IMG/VR virus record: IMGVR_UViG_3300043449_002191
Location: 93,342-157,341 of that record
From: a virus
DNA: 64,000 bases
Direction: 5' to 3' (one strand)
In this document: piece by piece, positions 55,183 to 61,993 of the stretch
Position numbering within the stretch: the stretch's first letter is position 1
Layout of the letters: every line of letters starts with the position of its first letter
Program-made: the position numbers and the translations under genes
The notes under the pieces: model-generated
Told to the model about the DNA's origin: nothing
Database searches by the model: none
The model's input: the letters and a program-made list of their open reading frames with translations, nothing else

Positions 55183-55674
55183 ATGAAAATAGATGCAAGC
55201 CAAATAAAAGAAAAATGTATCGCAGGGTATTCTAACTCCTCGCCAATAGTCTATGTATATAGCCATGGAGGACTTCATGCATTTTTCAAAAAAGAAGATG
55301 ATGGAGCAATAGTAGCTATTGGAGCCGCCCCTCATAAAGGTATTGCCAAGTTCTTAGCCTTAAAAAAAGATCCAGATATTAAATGGGAAAAAGACTTCAT
55401 TGAGGAAAAGAATCTATCTAAATCAGAAGAAGACATATTCCTTCAACTTAGATCAGTAATTTTTTCCAAGACTTTGGAAATTAAAAAGTCTGAGTCCACT
55501 ACTTATTATCTTTATGAAATAAGCAAAAAGACAATCGAAATCTTAGATAAAGCAGAAATTGAAAATAGAGTCAAAAATAGTGCAGTTGATCTATACTCAC
55601 TCGTAAGAAATACAGACCTTAGTCAAGAGCCTCAACTCCTTATCGACACAAGTTTTGTCAATGGGAGAGTGTAA
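55183..55674 (+). CDS. hypothetical late protein
   Basis: LSKSE and IKKSE sites. Confidence 0.65.
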   Translation: MKIDASQIKEKCIAGYSNSSPIVYVYSHGGLHAFFKKEDDGAIVAIGAAPHKGIAKFLALKKDPDIKWEKDFIEEKNLSKSEEDIFLQLRSVIFSKTLEIKKSESTTYYLYEISKKTIEILDKAEIENRVKNSAVDLYSLVRNTDLSQEPQLLIDTSFVNGRV

Positions 55675-56576
55675 TGTCAGAAAAAAGACAAGGTGGACCT
55701 AGAAAAAGGGCATCAAGAAAGCCACAAGATACCCAATTGTACTTTAATATTGAAGGGTATCAACAATCTTTCGATAAAGAGGCTTTTAGTGCCTTGGTTA
55801 GAAGCCAGGGTGTAAAGCTTGTGCATTACAAGGCTATCCCAGACCCATCAGGAATGGCTTCTATTGGTGATATTCATGCAGTACAAAGCCAAAGGTCTAG
55901 TTCTGATGGTTTTATTTATAAAAAAGCTGGGACCATCCTTGGATTTTTTTCAGGTAATTCATCTAATTTCCAACTAGAAAACGAAGGGTTCATCAAAACA
56001 GACAGCGCAGTCATTACTTTGCCAGATTATTATGAAGATTGCCCAGACAAAGAAGTGATGGTAGCCCCTTACGATAGGTTCTTTTTAGCTGACATTGAGA
56101 CTAGAACTATAGCCTCTCAGTATGTAGAAGCTTCGGTTCTAGGTGTAGACAAACTCCAGTATCCAGCAACTTGCGTAGAGTTTTTGATTGATGCCGATGG
56201 TATTGAATATGAAGAAGGTAAGCATTTTGAAATAACTCAAGATGGTTTTATTAAATGGACTAGTCAGCAAAGACCAGTTTTTAATGAAAAAACGCTAAAA
56301 GGCACAGTCTATTCAATAAGATACAGGTATACCCCTTATTTTGTTATTATTAGATTGTTGCATGAAATTAGGGTAACTAACATTACTGACCCGAATACAT
56401 ATGAGAGAAAACTTGAAAGAATGCCTTATCAGGTTCTAGTAATGAGAGAACACGTCTTAAGTGACCAAAACCGTAGTCCTTTAGATAACATGACTGACAT
56501 GAGATATCAAAACGCACCTCCTGTAGCTGGAGTGACCGGACCTAGTGACGACAACTCAGATGGCGGAATGCTTTAA
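55674..56576 (+). CDS. putative head-closure/neck protein
   Basis: Position among late genes; beta-rich. Confidence 0.5.
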   Translation: MSEKRQGGPRKRASRKPQDTQLYFNIEGYQQSFDKEAFSALVRSQGVKLVHYKAIPDPSGMASIGDIHAVQSQRSSSDGFIYKKAGTILGFFSGNSSNFQLENEGFIKTDSAVITLPDYYEDCPDKEVMVAPYDRFFLADIETRTIASQYVEASVLGVDKLQYPATCVEFLIDADGIEYEEGKHFEITQDGFIKWTSQQRPVFNEKTLKGTVYSIRYRYTPYFVIIRLLHEIRVTNITDPNTYERKLERMPYQVLVMREHVLSDQNRSPLDNMTDMRYQNAPPVAGVTGPSDDNSDGGML

Positions 56577-56578
56577 AG

Positions 56579-56588
56579 CCTAATCTTA
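56579..56588 (+). promoter_or_regulatory. CCTAATCTTA candidate late promoter
   Basis: Exact intergenic motif. Confidence 0.8.
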
Positions 56589-56611
56589 TCAAGGTAATAA
56601 TAGGAGTTTAC

Positions 56612-56989
56612 ATGGCAAAGAGAAGATCAAAACCCTCAGACAAAACGCTAGGCGGAAACGTAGCTCTTGACATTGGTTTTAACGAGTATGCAGGAGCCCA
56701 CAAAGTAATGGCTTCCGTTATGGGTAAGATGCTTCCACTCGGGGCAACTTCTACTGCATTAAAAATTGATGCAGGAAAAACTATCGCATTATTTAACAAC
56801 AGTGGCTCTACAGTATTTTATTTAACTAGCGGTGACCCTGCAATGGCTGCTCCTACTGGTGGAGCAAACGGAATTCCAGTTGCACCATATTCTTGGCAAA
56901 TTATTACAATGGCTGGTGATACAGTTCTTAGATCAAGCTCAAGTTCACTGTTTGCTTATGAAGTTCTTGACGACACAATTTATCAATAA
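56612..56989 (+). CDS. putative virion protein
   Basis: AGGAG RBS after the late motif. Confidence 0.55.
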   Translation: MAKRRSKPSDKTLGGNVALDIGFNEYAGAHKVMASVMGKMLPLGATSTALKIDAGKTIALFNNSGSTVFYLTSGDPAMAAPTGGANGIPVAPYSWQIITMAGDTVLRSSSSSLFAYEVLDDTIYQ

Positions 56990-56996
56990 GGTTTAA

Positions 56997-58850
56997 ATGA
57001 ATTCATCAAAGGAATTACTTAAAGCTATAGTTGGCAAAGATGGTCTTGAGACTTTAGAAAAAGCCATCTTTAAAAAGAGGACAAATGCTGTCATTGATCC
57101 TCTTGAATACTATTTGCCTTTACTAGTAGTCCCTAGAGCTATTCTTTCATGGTTAATTCAAAATATTAAGCCAATGAAAATCGATGAGCTTAAAACCTTA
57201 GAGTTTCCAAATAATCCAGATATTAAAATAGAAATACAGAAACAGGACGTAGATCAGTACCGTGCTGAATTTGTAGAAAAAGGAAGAGTCATACACTCTT
57301 TTGAAAAACAAAGTTTACCAGCAGTCTCTGGACACTTAATGACTGTAGGCGAACTCTACGACTCTTTTTCATCTGAGAAAGATAAGGCTGATTCTGGCTC
57401 AAAGGAAGAGCCTAAAACAGATGAAGTCCCGTCTTTAGATGTAGCTAGAAGTATAATGGCCATTGGCCGTATTAAAATTCCCAATGAAGATCCAGAACAA
57501 GTTAAATGGGTTACATCTCAAAGTAATGTAAAAGAATTATCTGCCGTTATCGGTAAACTCGTAGATGCATTAGTTGCTAAATCTTCTAAAAAAGAAGAAA
57601 CTTTAGATAAAGCTGCAATAAAAGAACAAGAAGATCAAAACATCGAAGAGACAAAATTACCTGAAACTAAGAAGCCAGCCCCTAAAGAACAATACGATGA
57701 AGTTAAAGTAGCAATTCCAAAAGTAACTGATTATATAAAAGATATTACTCCAGAGCCTAAAGAAGCTCCAGAATCAAAAGCTGCATCAAATGCAACTATA
57801 ACTGTTTCCCAATACCTTAGAAGAAGATCTAAGGGGATGACTAAATCAGAGATCTTAGCTAAGCCTTACCAGTCGGAAGCTCAACGCCGCTGGGCTCATA
57901 CAGAAGCTGGAACAAAAGCTTTAGGTGGAAAAGAAAAAGTTAAGCATTGGGATAAAGAATCTAAAGGCAAAGATTTACCTGAAAAAGTAAATAAAGCTGA
58001 AGAAATAAATTGGGAAAATAAAATAAAAGGTAAATCTGGCTTTAATACCGAAGTTGTAGGCGAAGATGATGATTACATTGAAATAGAAGCTACTCATCCT
58101 GAAACAGGTGCAAGAGTTGGTTATGCCACTGTTGATAAACAGCATCCAGAAGACTTTAATTTTGCTAGAGTTGGAGACATAAAAGTAAATTCTAAATGGC
58201 AAAATAATGGAATTGGTACAGATATTTACACCCATGCTTCAAATTATTTAAAAAAGCCATTAAAAATGAGCCGAGATATTCAACCAGCTGCTAGAAAATT
58301 ACATGAAAAATATTCTTCATTTATACAAAAAGCTGAAATGCCTGGAGGAGCTGCACAGCCTAAAAAGCCTGCTATGCCGCAGCCTCCAAAACCACCAGTT
58401 CCACCAAGTAAAAATCCAGCAGGTGCCGCAGCTAAACAAGCTCAGCAATCCGCTAAAGGTAAAATGGCTACCCCAAAGCCTCCAAAACCAGCAGCAGGCT
58501 CATTAGGACCTAAGCCTCCTAAAGTTGGGGCAATGACTAAAAATGAATACTTTAAAAAGAAGCTTAGTAAGTCAGAAGTTACAGAGTCAGAATTATACTC
58601 TCATTGCGAAATCTGCGGAACTTCTCAGTTTAAGAAAACAGAAAAAGGGCCTGAGTTTAGCCCATGTGCCTGTTTTTCTGTAGTCAAAAAAGATGAAGAA
58701 GGCAACTCTAAAAAGTTTGTCAATGTATTAAGAAAAAGCGATGGAAAGTTTGACTTAGAATTTTCTCCAGAGTCTGACCCAGAAACAGTTAAGTTATTTT
58801 TACTTTCAATGAAGGCAAGACTCTTAATTAAAAAGAACCACGGATTGTAG
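56997..58850 (+). CDS. polyprotein with GNAT domain, Pro/Lys linker and C-terminal Cys4 domain
   Basis: VNSKWQNNGIGTDIY (GNAT motif A); PYQSEAQRRW module; CEIC...CAC. Confidence 0.7.
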   Translation: MNSSKELLKAIVGKDGLETLEKAIFKKRTNAVIDPLEYYLPLLVVPRAILSWLIQNIKPMKIDELKTLEFPNNPDIKIEIQKQDVDQYRAEFVEKGRVIHSFEKQSLPAVSGHLMTVGELYDSFSSEKDKADSGSKEEPKTDEVPSLDVARSIMAIGRIKIPNEDPEQVKWVTSQSNVKELSAVIGKLVDALVAKSSKKEETLDKAAIKEQEDQNIEETKLPETKKPAPKEQYDEVKVAIPKVTDYIKDITPEPKEAPESKAASNATITVSQYLRRRSKGMTKSEILAKPYQSEAQRRWAHTEAGTKALGGKEKVKHWDKESKGKDLPEKVNKAEEINWENKIKGKSGFNTEVVGEDDDYIEIEATHPETGARVGYATVDKQHPEDFNFARVGDIKVNSKWQNNGIGTDIYTHASNYLKKPLKMSRDIQPAARKLHEKYSSFIQKAEMPGGAAQPKKPAMPQPPKPPVPPSKNPAGAAAKQAQQSAKGKMATPKPPKPAAGSLGPKPPKVGAMTKNEYFKKKLSKSEVTESELYSHCEICGTSQFKKTEKGPEFSPCACFSVVKKDEEGNSKKFVNVLRKSDGKFDLEFSPESDPETVKLFLLSMKARLLIKKNHGL

Positions 58851-58858
58851 GAGGTCTT

Positions 58859-60028
58859 ATGTCGAACCAAAATATGATCTGGGTAAGCATTGAACTAGAC
58901 GCTCTCTCTGACAAAATGCGTGAATATGCCGATAAGGGTTACTTTAGAGAAGCAAAGGATCTTGACGCTACATCTAAGGCATTAAGTGAAAAATTAAAAT
59001 CAATGATCGGTCAATTTGGCGGTACATTACATTTAGCCATAGTTGATAGATATGCACTAGAAATCCCTATTTCACTAGCTGAACAGCTCAATAATTATCT
59101 AATCCCTATGGTTGAACAATACTCAACAAAAGTCGCAGTAGGCATTGGTCTTAATATGGAAGAGGCTGCTAAAGCTGCCAAGATTTCAGCATATTCCGGC
59201 AAAATAGAATTATTTGACCCATCCGTACATCAATTTGAAAAAGCAGAAGAGCTTTATCTTGATCCGACAGAAGAATTTTCTCCAAATATTTATGACAGAT
59301 CTGATCCAGAATCCCCTACACCTAAAGGTAAAGAAAAAATCAAAGAAGTCCCCCCAGCAACATTCCTTGACCCTAATACTGCAGCACAATTAGATATGGC
59401 AGCAGTTCAAGCTATTTTACAGCAGCTTATGGGACCAGCACAGCAATCTCAACAACAAATGCAGCAACAGATGCAACAACAGATGCAACAGCAGCAAGAG
59501 CAAGACCCTAGAGACTTAAGAGAAGCTTTAAACGGTGGGCAAGTTGAAGGCTATAGTCCAGAAAAATCTCAACAAGAAAAAGAAACTGCTAACTCAGAAC
59601 CGGAAGATAATGAGCCACAGCAGGCACAACCAGAAGAAAAAGACGAAAGTACGGATAAGCTTACTACTTTACTTGGCACTATTAACGATAAAATGCCTCA
59701 ATTAATGGAACTTCACGACAAAAACCCAGAAGCCTTCAAAAAGATTCTTGGATTAGTAAATAAAGTTGTCGCAATGGCTAAAGACAAAAAAGCTAAGGTA
59801 GAAAAGTCTGAAATAGACAGTATGACTGAGCAATTAAATAAAGCCATTAAAGGTCGATATCCAGTAGGTACTATTAAAAATAGAAAAAAGAAAGTCGTTG
59901 TTAATGGTAAAGCAGTTTGGAGATCTGTCATTTCTGGAATGGTCAGAGATAATCAAGGTCAGCCTATTTCCGTGAAGTCTCACAATGCTAAAGCTGATGA
60001 CGGAACGGATGGCATGAGAAATGAATAG
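58859..60028 (+). CDS. late protein with degenerate mCpol/GGDEF-like palm domain
   Basis: WVSIELD...FGG.L....D...KVAVGIG...EA..A......GK pattern; Gln-rich linker. Confidence 0.45.
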   Translation: MSNQNMIWVSIELDALSDKMREYADKGYFREAKDLDATSKALSEKLKSMIGQFGGTLHLAIVDRYALEIPISLAEQLNNYLIPMVEQYSTKVAVGIGLNMEEAAKAAKISAYSGKIELFDPSVHQFEKAEELYLDPTEEFSPNIYDRSDPESPTPKGKEKIKEVPPATFLDPNTAAQLDMAAVQAILQQLMGPAQQSQQQMQQQMQQQMQQQQEQDPRDLREALNGGQVEGYSPEKSQQEKETANSEPEDNEPQQAQPEEKDESTDKLTTLLGTINDKMPQLMELHDKNPEAFKKILGLVNKVVAMAKDKKAKVEKSEIDSMTEQLNKAIKGRYPVGTIKNRKKKVVVNGKAVWRSVISGMVRDNQGQPISVKSHNAKADDGTDGMRNE

Positions 60029-60926
60029 TTTTAAGATAAGCGTAAACATTGAAGAAGTTACTTCAAAACTAAATCAAACCCAAGAAGCAATTGAAAACGT
60101 ATTAAAGCCTGCTATCGAATCAGTTTCAATAGCTACCCATGCATTTATCTTAAATAAGGCTAACACCGAGCTTAGTGGATTTAAAAGAGAAATGTTTTTA
60201 GGCTTAGGTCAATATGCCAAAAAAGCTTCTGGACAATCTAGTAAAGATGAAAGAGTGGATTCTACCGCAAAAAACGTAAGATGGATAAAAATATCTAACA
60301 ATATGTGGGTAGTTGAAATAGATGAATCTGCTAAATGGATTGAAGAGGGTAGACCTGAAACGTCAATGGCGACCGACCAATGGCTTTTAAAACCAGGAAA
60401 AGCAAAAATAGCAAAAGACGGCTCAACTTACCGATCAATACCATTCAAACAAACTGAAGGTAAAAAAGATGCCCCTGGAGCCAAACCTTTATTTGCAGAA
60501 TTAGTAAAAAGAGCTGCAAAAAGGCAAAATGTTTCACTGACAAAACCTGAAATCGGGTTAGACGGAAAGCCAAAAATTGGCATAGTTGCAAAACTTGATA
60601 TTTCTCCGACTATGACAAGATCTGAATCCCCTGTTTTATACTCCAAACCAAGGACTCTTGAAGAAGCTATGGCCACTGGACTTCAGCCGCATGGCGGAAT
60701 ATTCAAATTAAAAGGTGCTGTTGTAACACAAAAATTAAATAAAAAAGGCAAACCAGTAAAAGAAACAGTTGTTTTTAGGACAGTTTCCTCTAAACATAAA
60801 AACGAATCTAGGTGGATGTATCCACAAGTCCAGGCATTTAATGCTATTCCTGCGGCTCATAAATGGGCAGAAGAGCAAATTAATGCTATAATAAAACAGA
60901 TAGAACAAGATTTTGCAAGGACTTAA
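60021..60926 (+). CDS. putative neck/tail-completion protein
   Basis: AKWIEEG, FRTVS, WMYP patterns; position. Confidence 0.5.
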   Translation: MNSFKISVNIEEVTSKLNQTQEAIENVLKPAIESVSIATHAFILNKANTELSGFKREMFLGLGQYAKKASGQSSKDERVDSTAKNVRWIKISNNMWVVEIDESAKWIEEGRPETSMATDQWLLKPGKAKIAKDGSTYRSIPFKQTEGKKDAPGAKPLFAELVKRAAKRQNVSLTKPEIGLDGKPKIGIVAKLDISPTMTRSESPVLYSKPRTLEEAMATGLQPHGGIFKLKGAVVTQKLNKKGKPVKETVVFRTVSSKHKNESRWMYPQVQAFNAIPAAHKWAEEQINAIIKQIEQDFART

Positions 60927-60928
60927 TT

Positions 60929-61972
60929 ATGGGAATTTTAGCTACAGATATTCTAATAAAAAGTGCTATTGAGGCAGCATTTGCTGATCTCAGAAAAAAT
61001 TCTTGGATTTTAGATGAAGTTTTTGGTGATTTAGCAAATGATTCACTGTCTAAACATGAGACAGGCTATAAAGAAGTAGTCGCTGCTAAACAGTGGTTTT
61101 TAGAGCAAAATATTGATGTATACCTAGCTAATAGGTACGATACCCCTAGATTCCCATGCATCACTGTAGTAAAAACCTCCTCTTCTGAAATGGAAAACAG
61201 AGCAGCTCTTTCTGATACATTATTTGAATCAGAAGTTGATGCTAAAGACATTACCAAACGTGTACAAAAAGTTTACGATAACTTTACCCCAAAAGCTTAT
61301 GATAGGTCTACTGGTACGGTAACTTTACCTGATAGCTTAAATACTGCTATAATGGCACCCAATCAATATCTTGTATCCAAAAAAACTGGAAAAGCCTATC
61401 AAATCACTAGCCTTATAGACGAATCCTCTTTTACTATTGACCCTAATGTCAAAGATGATTTTACAGAAGCCTATATTGTCCCTCCAACCGTAGTATGGAA
61501 TTTAACTCAAGAAGTTACCTTTCTTGCTGAATCATTTGCAATTGGACTGCACACGCAATCCGACTTAAATCAAGCCTTATGGCTAAGACAGCTAATGCAA
61601 TACATCTTTCTCAGATATAAAGAAGCCTACCTTGAAAGACGTGGATTTGAGCTTTCTACCTTCAATGTAGGTGCAATTGAGCAAAACCCCCATTTTAGCG
61701 GAGTGGAATTAATCTGGTCTTGTCCTCTAATGATATCAGCTCAAGTTGAAGCTACCTTTGTTAAATATGCCGCACCTAAACTTTCTAAAGTTACTGGCGG
61801 AATAAAAATAGCTAAAGGCCAAAAAACTCCTGAAGAATACGCTGCTCATCAAAATATTCAACCAGTTCCTATAAATCAGACTCCTGCTGAAGAAGTGCCT
61901 ACAGCAAATACAGATCCTCAACAGCAAATTACTGAAATTACTGTAGAAATTAAAACTGACGAGAACCAATAA
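60929..61972 (+). CDS. putative tail-terminator-like structural protein
   Basis: FPCITV strand; position. Confidence 0.45.
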   Translation: MGILATDILIKSAIEAAFADLRKNSWILDEVFGDLANDSLSKHETGYKEVVAAKQWFLEQNIDVYLANRYDTPRFPCITVVKTSSSEMENRAALSDTLFESEVDAKDITKRVQKVYDNFTPKAYDRSTGTVTLPDSLNTAIMAPNQYLVSKKTGKAYQITSLIDESSFTIDPNVKDDFTEAYIVPPTVVWNLTQEVTFLAESFAIGLHTQSDLNQALWLRQLMQYIFLRYKEAYLERRGFELSTFNVGAIEQNPHFSGVELIWSCPLMISAQVEATFVKYAAPKLSKVTGGIKIAKGQKTPEEYAAHQNIQPVPINQTPAEEVPTANTDPQQQITEITVEIKTDENQ

Positions 61973-61976
61973 TAAC

Positions 61977-61986
61977 CCTAATCTTA
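61977..61986 (+). promoter_or_regulatory. CCTAATCTTA candidate late promoter
   Basis: Exact intergenic motif; ATG 7 nt later. Confidence 0.8.
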
Positions 61987-61993
61987 TGTTAGT

